DNA of 32,000 nt from positions 1,350,001 to 1,382,000 of the forward strand of contig NZ_CP008796.1 in NCBI RefSeq assembly GCF_000734015.1, read 5' to 3'. Source of the DNA: Thermodesulfobacterium commune DSM 2178 (GTDB taxonomy: Bacteria > Desulfobacterota > Thermodesulfobacteria > Thermodesulfobacteriales > Thermodesulfobacteriaceae). Each line of letters starts with the position of its first letter. The first letter of the stretch is position 1. The notes under the pieces are model-generated. The model was given only the letters and a program-made list of their open reading frames with translations, did not search any database and had not been told where the DNA came from. The translations under genes were made by a program, and so were the position numbers. Positions 8,124 through 15,916 of this stretch are shown here, one piece after another.

Positions 8124-8762
8124 ATGCAACTTTTAGCCATCCACGCAAGCCCAAGAAGTCAGGGCAATTCTGAAATTTTCCTTGATGCCTTCCTCTCTAC
8201 CCTTAATCACCAAAAGATAAAAACCGAAAAGATAAAACTTACGGAACTTAAATTCTCCCCTTGTGTTGAATGCGGAGGTTGTGAAAAAGACGGAACGTGT
8301 ATTCTTAAAGATGACCTAACCGAAGTTTACCCTAAAATTCTTAAGGCTAACTTTCTGGTGGTAGCAACCCCTATCTTCTTTTATTCCCATCCTTCTTTTT
8401 TGCAGGCCTTCTTCGAAAGATTTCAGGCCTTCTGGGTCTCTAAATATCTTCTTAAAGCTCCACCTCCCTCTCAAAAACCAAAAGGTATCCTTCTTGCTTT
8501 AGGTGCAACCAAAGGCAAAAAAGTCTTTGAATGTTTAGTAAGAAGTTTTAAATACGTGCTTGATACCATAGACGGAGAATATATAGGAGGAATTTTTTTA
8601 AGAGGGATTGATAAAAAGGGAGAAATACTTAAACACCTTGAGGGTTTAGAAAAGGTTAAAACTTTAGGAGAAAAACTCTCTATCCTCGAAAAAAAGGACT
8701 TAACCAAGTCTAAAGAAGAGTTAGCTCAATTTTTAGGGCTTGACTTAGACCCTACTCCTTAA
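8124..8762 (+). CDS. Flavodoxin-like fold NADPH-dependent FMN reductase / iron-sulfur flavoprotein-like protein
   Basis: 212-aa ORF. It has an N-terminal LLAIHASPRSQGNS FMN-phosphate loop, a compact Cys cluster CVECGGCEKDGTC, and the VVATPIFF block typical of the family. Confidence 0.7.
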   Translation: MQLLAIHASPRSQGNSEIFLDAFLSTLNHQKIKTEKIKLTELKFSPCVECGGCEKDGTCILKDDLTEVYPKILKANFLVVATPIFFYSHPSFLQAFFERFQAFWVSKYLLKAPPPSQKPKGILLALGATKGKKVFECLVRSFKYVLDTIDGEYIGGIFLRGIDKKGEILKHLEGLEKVKTLGEKLSILEKKDLTKSKEELAQFLGLDLDPTP

Positions 8763-8766
8763 CCCC

Positions 8767-9387
8767 TTATTCAAAAAGTTTAGCATAGGCTCTTGCTTTT
8801 CCTTCTATGTCGTTATCCTTCCATAGGTCGCTTATAACAGCTACCATGTCTGCCCCTAATTGGACAAGCTCCTTTGCTCGCTCTAAGGTTATGCCACCTA
8901 TAGCACATACAGGAATTTTTAGAGTCTTTTTAGCAAGAGGGATCAAGGTTTTATCTACTACGGTTGAGTTCGGTTTGGTAGGAGAGGGGTAAAAACTCCC
9001 AAAGGCCACATAAGTGGCTCCCTGTTTTTCTGCCTCCATGGCTCTTCTCAAGTCTCCATAACAGGAAACCCCGATGATAGGGCCTTTAAAAATCTCTTTA
9101 ACCTGGCTAAGAGGCTGATCGTCTTTACCTACATGCACCCCGTCTGCCAGCACTTTGGCTGCCAAATCTACCCTGTCGTTAACGATAAAATAAGCACCAA
9201 ACCTGTGGCAAAGCTTCTTTAGTTCTATGGCTATGTTTGTTAAAACCTCTAAATCTGAGTTTTTATCTCTTAGTTGAACAAACTTAGCCCCTCCTTTTAA
9301 CGCCTTTTCAACCATTCGAAAGATTTCTCCGTCTTGATAAGGGGTCAAAACCTCGTCGGTTATCACATAAAAACCTTTTAAAACCAT
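8767..9387 (-). CDS. thiE: Thiamine-phosphate synthase
   Basis: 206-aa ORF with the characteristic FYVITD start, VQLRDK, GVHVG.DD and GADMVAV blocks. Its start abuts the upstream stop (9387/9388). Confidence 0.85.
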   Translation of the reverse strand: MVLKGFYVITDEVLTPYQDGEIFRMVEKALKGGAKFVQLRDKNSDLEVLTNIAIELKKLCHRFGAYFIVNDRVDLAAKVLADGVHVGKDDQPLSQVKEIFKGPIIGVSCYGDLRRAMEAEKQGATYVAFGSFYPSPTKPNSTVVDKTLIPLAKKTLKIPVCAIGGITLERAKELVQLGADMVAVISDLWKDNDIEGKARAYAKLFE

Positions 9388-10089
9388 CTAATATCTCTTT
9401 ACTATAGAAACCTCTGGCAATCTTTCTTTTAAATAAGCATCTACTCTGTGGTAAAATTCTGGGTTTACCTCCCCCACCAGGTCTTTTTTTAACGTGTTTT
9501 CCTGGACAAATTTCTGCAGGGCTATTCTCTTAAACCACGCAAGATAAGGAACCATCTTTTCTAAGTCTTTTTCTGTTAAAAGGGGAGGATACATGGTAAC
9601 TCTTATCTCTACCCTATCTGCGATGTTTTTTAAAACCCTAAAAGTTTGCTCAACCAGAGCAAAATCCCCTCCGAGTTCAGCATATCTATCAGGGGAAGTC
9701 TTAAAGTCTATGGCAAAAAAATCTACCAAGCCAGAAATTACCAATTCTTCTACCAGCTCTGGAGAGCTACCGTTGGTATCAAGCTTAACAGGAAGCCCGG
9801 TTTGAGAGCGAACTTCTTCTATAAAACTGACAAGCCTTTTTCCCCAAAGGGTAGGCTCTCCTCCGGTAATCACCACCCCTTTAATAAAGCCCTTTCTCCT
9901 TTTTAACTCCTCTATAACCCAGTCTTCAGAAAGGTTTTTTAACTTTTTATACCTTTCAGGCAGGACCAAATCAACATTATAACAGAAGGGACATCTATAG
10001 TTACACCCATAGGTAAAAATCACCGAAGAGATCTTCCCCGGATAATCTACCAGGCTTGTACCGATAAACCCTTTAATCATCAACCCCAC
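9388..10089 (-). CDS. Radical SAM activating enzyme, NrdG-type (anaerobic RNR activase family)
   Basis: 233-aa ORF. The GTSLVDYPGKISSVIFTYGCNYRCPFCYN block contains the CxxxCxxC SAM-cluster motif in the context typical of class III RNR-type activases, and VITGGEPT follows. No glycyl-radical enzyme gene is visible nearby. Confidence 0.7.
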   Translation of the reverse strand: MGLMIKGFIGTSLVDYPGKISSVIFTYGCNYRCPFCYNVDLVLPERYKKLKNLSEDWVIEELKRRKGFIKGVVITGGEPTLWGKRLVSFIEEVRSQTGLPVKLDTNGSSPELVEELVISGLVDFFAIDFKTSPDRYAELGGDFALVEQTFRVLKNIADRVEIRVTMYPPLLTEKDLEKMVPYLAWFKRIALQKFVQENTLKKDLVGEVNPEFYHRVDAYLKERLPEVSIVKRY

Positions 10090-10151
10090 CTATGGATAAA
10101 CTTTACCCAAAATATAAACCTTCCTGAAGGAGAAACAAGAGCAATACACTT

Positions 10152-11240
10152 TTATCCTATGTTAAAAATTTTAGGAAGCCTTTTAAACAAACTTAGCTTT
10201 TCTGTTTCTCCTAACTTTGCTTTTCTTAGTATTTCTTCTAACTCTTGGATGGTCGTATCATAAAGTTGTTTGTTTAGTCTATAGGGATGTCCGTCCTTGC
10301 CTCCGTGGGCATAGCTATAAACTACCGGGTCTTCTCTTGAGGCCTTAACCTCATAGATAAGCTCTGAAGCTAAGGTAAGGGCTCTTAAGGTTTTGGCCCC
10401 CATACCTTCGGTTAACAGTAATGACTGAAAATCAGATGGAGGATTTTGATAAACCTTTTCCCAAACTTTCTTCAAGGATTTAACCGATAGGTCTTTGAGG
10501 GTTAAGGTATGGTCCTCTTTAAATATAAGATGCACCTTCGGAGTTAACTCCTTTATAACTAAACTTAGGTCTTCTGTTAGCAACCTTACCAACGAATTTT
10601 GTACAGGTTTACTTTCCTTAGCCACCAGATTAAGTACGTTTTCTTTTTTGACAGAAGAAACAATTCCTGTATGGGGGTTTTCGCAAAGGTCTAACACCTT
10701 TTCGCTATACCATTGATACCGTCTTGCATAGGCAGTTTTTTCATCCATACCTTGTTGTATTACTCCCCATTGGCCATCTTTGGAAAATATGAAAAGATGA
10801 AAATAAAGTTGAAAGCCATCTTGGATGGCGTTGTTGTCTATCCTTGCGGTAAGTCTGCTTAAGGTTACAAACTTATAGGCTTGTTTAGGAAGTCCCTGTT
10901 TTTCTCCCCAGAAGATAATTTCCTGAGGGGTGTTTAAAGCCCTCTTACCTTTTCCTCCGCAAACATAGATTCCTAAGTCGTTAAAATAGGGTTTCAAAGC
11001 CTCTTTTATAGCACCACCAACGGTTGTGGTGAGGCCTGAGGAATGCCAGTCAAAACCAAGCAAACAACCTAAAGCCTGAAACCAAAAAGGGTCAGACAAC
11101 CTTTTGATCAATTCCTTAGCCCCAAACTCCTGATACACAAGCAATAAAATAGCCCTGCTTAACCTTACCATCCTTTCAAAAAGCCAGGGAGGGCATTTCC
11201 CTCCATGCAAAGGCAGGTCTACTATACTTCTACTAACCAT
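10152..11240 (-). CDS. Conserved hypothetical protein, DUF763-like
   Basis: 362-aa ORF. The blocks LPLHGGKCPPWLFERM, DWHSSGLTTT and AHGGKDGHPY match my recollection of Pfam DUF763. No catalytic motif is recognised. The start overlaps the upstream CDF gene by 8 nt. Coding confidence is high; the family assignment needs an HMM search. Confidence 0.6.
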   Translation of the reverse strand: MVSRSIVDLPLHGGKCPPWLFERMVRLSRAILLLVYQEFGAKELIKRLSDPFWFQALGCLLGFDWHSSGLTTTVGGAIKEALKPYFNDLGIYVCGGKGKRALNTPQEIIFWGEKQGLPKQAYKFVTLSRLTARIDNNAIQDGFQLYFHLFIFSKDGQWGVIQQGMDEKTAYARRYQWYSEKVLDLCENPHTGIVSSVKKENVLNLVAKESKPVQNSLVRLLTEDLSLVIKELTPKVHLIFKEDHTLTLKDLSVKSLKKVWEKVYQNPPSDFQSLLLTEGMGAKTLRALTLASELIYEVKASREDPVVYSYAHGGKDGHPYRLNKQLYDTTIQELEEILRKAKLGETEKLSLFKRLPKIFNIG

Positions 11241-12177
11241 CTTTGTCCCTTTTTAAAAAGTTATTATGAAACACCTCACATTCTGGGCATACTCCCTGAT
11301 ATTCAAACTGTATGGTTATATGGTGAATATCAAACTTTTTTAATTCCTTTTGGATATTTTGCAAAACTTTTGCCGTTTCACTTACGTTCATGTCAGACTT
11401 TAGGTTAACATGGCCCTCAAAAAAATGGGTTTTATCGTCAAGACTCCATACATGTATATGATGGACATCTTGTATGTCTTGAATTTTCAACAGTTCCTCT
11501 ACTATCTTAGGGATTTCCACATGAAAAGGGGTTGCTTGCATGATGATGTCAACTGACTTTAACAAAACCTCTAAACTCTCTTTAGCAATATAAAAGGCTA
11601 TCAATATACTAATAACAGAGTCAACTCTTACCCACCCAAAATAATAAATAAAAACAGCCCCTGTCATCACAGCCAAAGAGGATAAAGCATCCCCTAACAT
11701 GTGTAGATAAGCACTTTTTACGTTTAAGTCTTCTTTGGCAGAACCTTTTAAAAATTTCAAACTCAAAAGATTACCTAAAAACCCTATACTTCCTACCACA
11801 AACACGGTTTTAACGTCTATAAGAGATGGGGTAACCAGTCTTTCGATAGACTTTTTAATCAGGAAAAAACATATTATTAACAGCGTAACCGAGTTAAAAA
11901 GACTTGCTAAAATGGTTATGCGTTTATAACCGAAGGTCTTTCTTTCGTTAGGATTTCTTAAAGAAATTTTATGGGCAAAATAGGTAATCACCACAGACAT
12001 TACGTCACCTAAATTATGAAAGGCATCAGACAAAAGAGCCATACTTCCTGAAATTAAACCACCGATAAATTCAAAAACAGTTATCAAAAGGTTTAAAAGG
12101 GCTACGTAAAAGAGATTTTTCCCTCTAATCTCAGTTTTTTCATCATGGCCATGATGATGGTGATGCATCGTCTCCAA
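11233..12177 (-). CDS. Cation diffusion facilitator family divalent-metal efflux transporter (CzcD/ZitB-like)
   Basis: 314-aa ORF. It has a His-rich N terminus (METMHHHHHGHDE), six predicted TM helices, site-A motifs FHNLGD (TM2) and LHMLGD (TM5), and a C-terminal cytoplasmic domain. Confidence 0.85.
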   Translation of the reverse strand: METMHHHHHGHDEKTEIRGKNLFYVALLNLLITVFEFIGGLISGSMALLSDAFHNLGDVMSVVITYFAHKISLRNPNERKTFGYKRITILASLFNSVTLLIICFFLIKKSIERLVTPSLIDVKTVFVVGSIGFLGNLLSLKFLKGSAKEDLNVKSAYLHMLGDALSSLAVMTGAVFIYYFGWVRVDSVISILIAFYIAKESLEVLLKSVDIIMQATPFHVEIPKIVEELLKIQDIQDVHHIHVWSLDDKTHFFEGHVNLKSDMNVSETAKVLQNIQKELKKFDIHHITIQFEYQGVCPECEVFHNNFLKRDKDG

Positions 12178-12294
12178 CCCTCTTCAGTTTTATCCTAAAA
12201 TTCCTCTTTTTCTGGGTTTGTCAACCCTAAGAAGATCCTTTTATGGGTTATGCCCTTGATTTTACATTTTAAGATTTTAGATTAAGCTAAAAAT

Positions 12295-13557
12295 ATGCCC
12301 TCCCAAATAGACAAAATAAAAATTTACTTACCTTTTATGTTTTTAGGTATTTCTCTGTTAGCCGGAGTTTTTTTCATCTTTGCTGCAGTCTCTAACTATC
12401 AAAACATCCGTAAGACTTTAGATACAGGGTTAAAACTTCAGGCCATAGGGGTAGAAATTACCCTTAAAAGTCTGATCAAAAACTTTGGGTTAGACCTGAT
12501 AAAAAAAGAAAAAAACTTTTTTGCCGAGCTTCTCTTAGGAGAAGAGTGGGAGGTAGTAGCTTATGTAGCGATCTATGATACAGAGGGTAAAATATTACTT
12601 CATTCTAACCCAGAGCTTATAGGGACAAAGATTCAAGATAGGGTTTCCTTTAATGTTACCTTTCCTCGAAGTTTTTATCAAACTACTCTTACTGAAGAAA
12701 AGTTGTTTGTTTACGAAAATCTATTAAAAACAGAAAAGCAACAGGCGGTCCTGAGGGTAGCACTCCACATATTTCCCGTAGAGGAAATTTTAGGTTATGC
12801 TAAAAAGCATGTTTATTTAGAGTTTTTTCTTGGGTTAGGGTTCTTTGGATTAGGGGTCATTGGTTTTTGGTTTTTTAAACGGTCTGAAAGGTTGATACAG
12901 AGGATCGAAGACCTTGAGAGATGGAAGTTTATCTCTCAGGTCCTTGCTCATGAGATGAAAAATCCTTTAGCCAGTATAAAGGGTTTTACCCAGTTAATTC
13001 TTAAAAAAACTCCAGAAGAAAAGACCCAAAAGGCCCTTAATCTTATCCTAAAAGAAACCTTAAGGATGGAAAAACTTTTACAAACCCTAAATTCTTATAC
13101 CCATCCCCAAAAGCCAAATTTCTCCTCTTTTGACTTATACAGCTTTTTAACAGAAGTTATCGAAACCTTTAAACTTCTTTATCCTGAGGCAGACTTGAGA
13201 GTAACTCTTGAGGGAAAAAACTTTATGGTAGTTTCTGACCAAGATAAACTAAAAGAGATACTGATAAACCTTTTGGAAAATGCCTGGCAAGCCTCTCAAG
13301 AGGCAGGCAACTTAAGGGTGGATTTAGGTTTAATTTCTGAAAAGACTTTTTATATTATTTACATAAAAGATTTTGGAAAAGGGATTCCTCAAGAGTTGAT
13401 ACCTAAAATTTGGGAACCCTTTTTTACCACAAAAGCCAAAGGCATGGGCCTTGGTTTGACTATAGTCAAAAACCTATGTGAGGAACTAAATTGCAGGATT
13501 GAGCTTAAATCAGAACCTTCTTCTGGGACAGAGGTATGGATAAAAATCCCTCGATAG
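12295..13557 (+). CDS. Membrane sensor histidine kinase (ZraS/NtrB-like partner of the downstream sigma-54 activator)
   Basis: 420-aa ORF. Two TM segments flank a roughly 140-aa external domain. It has the H-box HEMKNPLASIKGF, the N-box LLENAWQA, and G-boxes DFGKGIP and GMGLGL. Confidence 0.85.
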   Translation: MPSQIDKIKIYLPFMFLGISLLAGVFFIFAAVSNYQNIRKTLDTGLKLQAIGVEITLKSLIKNFGLDLIKKEKNFFAELLLGEEWEVVAYVAIYDTEGKILLHSNPELIGTKIQDRVSFNVTFPRSFYQTTLTEEKLFVYENLLKTEKQQAVLRVALHIFPVEEILGYAKKHVYLEFFLGLGFFGLGVIGFWFFKRSERLIQRIEDLERWKFISQVLAHEMKNPLASIKGFTQLILKKTPEEKTQKALNLILKETLRMEKLLQTLNSYTHPQKPNFSSFDLYSFLTEVIETFKLLYPEADLRVTLEGKNFMVVSDQDKLKEILINLLENAWQASQEAGNLRVDLGLISEKTFYIIYIKDFGKGIPQELIPKIWEPFFTTKAKGMGLGLTIVKNLCEELNCRIELKSEPSSGTEVWIKIPR

Positions 13558-14861
13558 TTATCGTAGAAGACGATACCTCCTTTGCAAGTTTCTTAGAGAT
13601 GACCTTTCAGGAGGAAAACTATAAAGTTTGGGTTTTTCATAACCCCGAAACTGCTTTGTTTCACCTTCCTGAACTCAATCCAGATATCGTAATCACCGAC
13701 CTTAAAATGCCAGGTCTTGACGGCATCACTTTTATCAAAAAAGCTAAAAAAATCCTTCCGGAAACGGTTTTTCTTGTGATTACAGCTTTTGGCACCATCC
13801 CTTCAGCGGTTGAAGCTATGAAAGCAGGGGCGGTAGATTACCTTACCAAGCCTCTTTCTTCTCCAGAAGAGCTTTTAGCTAAAGTAAACCTTTATCTTAA
13901 AAAATTTAAAAAATCCCCCTCCTTTTACCCAGCAGATTTGCCCCCGCTTGAGGTTGTTTTTGCAGGGATGGAAGACCTTTATGAACAACTGATCGAAATT
14001 GCCCCTACAGATGCCACCGTCTGCCTCTTAGGAGAAACAGGCACCGGGAAAAGTTTAATCGCCAAGATAATCCATGTTTTAAGCGGAAGAAAAGGGCCTT
14101 TTGTAGAAATAAACTGTGCGGCTTTGCCTGAAAATTTAGTAGAAGCTGAACTTTTTGGCTATGAAAAAGGGGCTTTTACCGGTGCTATAAAGACTAAACC
14201 TGGTAAGTTTGAACTTGCAAGAGAAGGCACCCTTTTTCTCGACGAAATCTCGGAGATGAGCCTTACCGTGCAGGCTAAATTCTTAAGAGTGCTTCAAGAT
14301 AAAGCCTTTGAAAGATTAGGAGGCCTTGAAACCCTGAAAACAGACGCAAGATTTATCGTAGCCACCAACAAAGACTTAGAAAAACTTGTAGCTGAAGGGA
14401 TTTTTCGAGAAGACCTATTTTACAGGATTAACGTTTTTTCTTTTTATCTTCCTCCACTTAGGGATAGGAAAAAACATCTAAAAACCATCGTCCAATATCT
14501 CTTAGAAAAAATCTGTCAGAAGCTGGGGAAACCTTTAAAACCACTAAGTCCATCTTCCTGGGAAAAACTTGAAAACTACTCTTTCCCAGGAAACATAAGA
14601 GAACTTGAGAACATTCTTGAAAGGGCAGTGATACTTAGTAAAGGAGACATGATAGAAGTAGAAATCCCCTTTAAAGCAAAGGACCTGTTTCAAGACAAGA
14701 CGACCCTAAAAGATGACTTACAGATTAAAAACTTAGAGAAAAAAGCCATACTTAAAGCCCTTGAAGTTACTAAGGGGAATAAACCTGAAGCAGCCAAACT
14801 TCTTGGGATATCCCTTAAGACCCTTTATAACAAACTAAAAGACTTAGGCTTGAAAGAATAA
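13536..14861 (+). CDS. Sigma-54-dependent two-component response regulator (NtrC/ZraR family)
   Basis: 441-aa ORF. It has a REC domain (VITDLKMPGLDG), an AAA+ domain with Walker A GETGTGKS, the GAFTGA sigma-54 contact loop and LFLDEI, and a C-terminal Fis-type HTH (AAKLLGISLKTLYNKLK). It overlaps the kinase gene by 22 nt. Confidence 0.9.
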   Translation: MDKNPSIVIVEDDTSFASFLEMTFQEENYKVWVFHNPETALFHLPELNPDIVITDLKMPGLDGITFIKKAKKILPETVFLVITAFGTIPSAVEAMKAGAVDYLTKPLSSPEELLAKVNLYLKKFKKSPSFYPADLPPLEVVFAGMEDLYEQLIEIAPTDATVCLLGETGTGKSLIAKIIHVLSGRKGPFVEINCAALPENLVEAELFGYEKGAFTGAIKTKPGKFELAREGTLFLDEISEMSLTVQAKFLRVLQDKAFERLGGLETLKTDARFIVATNKDLEKLVAEGIFREDLFYRINVFSFYLPPLRDRKKHLKTIVQYLLEKICQKLGKPLKPLSPSSWEKLENYSFPGNIRELENILERAVILSKGDMIEVEIPFKAKDLFQDKTTLKDDLQIKNLEKKAILKALEVTKGNKPEAAKLLGISLKTLYNKLKDLGLKE

Positions 14862-14862
14862 T

Positions 14863-15291
14863 TTATTCCCACACCGGTTTGTAAGGTGCTACAGGACTTC
14901 TAAAAAGATATAGTTTACCTGTGGTTAAGTTTTTAACATGTCTTGCCATAAAAATGATGCCATACTTAGGAAAATAGGTTTTAGCCCCAGTAACCTCTAC
15001 CTGATGCCCTGCGCTAAAATCAGGATTTAGGAAACGATAATAATGGACTGGACACAAAAAAACCGTATAGGCTTTACCTTCTCTTTCTACTTCAAGAGAG
15101 GCTAATCCTCTGGGAGGAAGATAAACAGACAAAATCTTACCTTTAAAAGTAATCTCCAAATTTGGGTCATAGGGAAGTTCTTGAAAAAACTTAAATTGAT
15201 GAGCATTTAAAGAGGGAGTTAGAATAAGTATCAAAAAGAAACTTAAGAATATCCAAAAACCCGGGCCAAAAGCCCGGGACTTAACCTTCAT
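14863..15291 (-). CDS. Secreted hypothetical protein (about 142 aa from the ATG at 15291)
   Basis: The ORF track gives 14863-15333. I prefer the Met at 15291 (MKVKSRAFGPGFWIFLSFFLILILTPSLNA-HQ), which yields a classic signal peptide and starts 1 nt after the upstream stop. The mature part (EVEREGKAYTVFLCPVHYYRF...EVTGAK...) is reminiscent of small periplasmic OB-like domains. The family is uncertain. Confidence 0.55.
   Translation of the reverse strand: MKVKSRAFGPGFWIFLSFFLILILTPSLNAHQFKFFQELPYDPNLEITFKGKILSVYLPPRGLASLEVEREGKAYTVFLCPVHYYRFLNPDFSAGHQVEVTGAKTYFPKYGIIFMARHVKNLTTGKLYLFRSPVAPYKPVWE
15255..15278 (-). terminator. Candidate intrinsic terminator downstream of the Spy/ZraP-like gene, embedded in the next ORF
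   Basis: The minus strand reads CCCGGGC-UUUUG-GCCCGGG-UUUUU: a 7-bp all-GC stem (15260-15266 / 15272-15278), a 5-nt loop and a U5 tract (15255-15259). It begins about 14 nt after the stop at 15293. Confidence 0.55.
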
Positions 15292-15292
15292 C

Positions 15293-15646
15293 TTACCAAC
15301 CGCAGTACCTTCTCCAGTGACCATGCTTACCAAGTGGCAATCCTTTCTCGTGTCCTTTCTTCATTATTTCTACACGGATTTTAGCAAGTTCTTGTTCTTT
15401 TGCAAGAATAGTATCCCAATTAGGGTTTGGCTGAAGAATAAGAGAACGAGCCTCTGCCCTTAATTGAGCCTCTCTTTGATAGAGAGGTTGTACTTCCTTG
15501 CAGAATTCCTGTAACTTAGCTTGATCAACCGGTGGAGCCATAGGACGCCCCATCCCCTGAGGTCCCATCCCCTTGTAAGCAAAAACTGGCCCGGTTAAAA
15601 GAGTACCCAATCCTAACGCCAACGCTAAGGTCTTCTTGATGTTCAT
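15293..15646 (-). CDS. Periplasmic Spy/CpxP/ZraP-family protein (heavy-metal or envelope-stress chaperone-like)
   Basis: 117-aa ORF. It has a signal peptide (MNIKKTLALALGLGTLLTGPVFA), a Gly/Met/Pro-rich stretch, then helical LQPNPNWDTILAKEQELAKIRVEI, which resembles the L..PNPD..KI....EL..LR pattern of the family. SD is CCAGGAGGTG. Confidence 0.6.
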   Translation of the reverse strand: MNIKKTLALALGLGTLLTGPVFAYKGMGPQGMGRPMAPPVDQAKLQEFCKEVQPLYQREAQLRAEARSLILQPNPNWDTILAKEQELAKIRVEIMKKGHEKGLPLGKHGHWRRYCGW

Positions 15647-15687
15647 ACCACACCTCCTGGTTTTGTTTTGTAGTTTTATTAATCATT

Positions 15688-15705
15688 TAACAAAATCCGT
15701 GCCTG
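15688..15705 (-). promoter_or_regulatory. Candidate sigma-54 (-24/-12) promoter for the Spy/ZraP-like gene
   Basis: The minus strand reads CAGGCACGGATTTTGTTAA, against the consensus TGGCACG-N4-TTGCW. GGCACG and the spacing are exact, but -12 is TTGT rather than TTGC. It lies about 45-60 nt upstream of the ATG at 15646. A sigma-54 activator is encoded next door. Confidence 0.45.
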
Positions 15706-15775
15706 TTTATCGCTCTTCCAAAATCCTCAAAAATCTTTGAGAACTGGACTTCTTTTAACGATAAAAAAGCTTGTC

Positions 15776-15817
15776 TTTTGTAATGTTTACAAAAATTTGC
15801 TGGTAAATTTTACAAAA
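15776..15817. promoter_or_regulatory. Two adjacent 19-bp palindromic sites, candidate activator-binding UAS
   Basis: Site 1 is TTTTGTAA-TGT-TTACAAAA (15776-15794, perfect). Site 2 is GCTGGTAA-ATT-TTACAAAA (15799-15817, 5/8 match in the left arm). Their centres are 23 bp apart and lie about 80-105 bp upstream of the candidate -24/-12 element. They could instead serve the divergent gene at 15917. Confidence 0.35.
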
Positions 15818-15916
15818 GGTAAAAAAACTATTTTTATAAGGCTTGAAAAACGGTATAGACCTGATAACATTAGTAAGTAAGTACTTTACTACAAATTTAT
15901 AAAGAGGGGGCTTGGT

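Noticed and set aside
7895-8140. 81-aa minus-strand ORF overlapping the 67-aa small ORF
   Set aside because: It has no SD and runs antisense to an ORF that has a strong SD and stop-start coupling to the next gene. It is probably a shadow ORF.
12178-12294. A sigma-54 promoter upstream of the kinase/regulator genes (TGGGTTATGCCCTTGA)
   Set aside because: The spacing is off by one and -12 is GA instead of GC, so it is not convincing.
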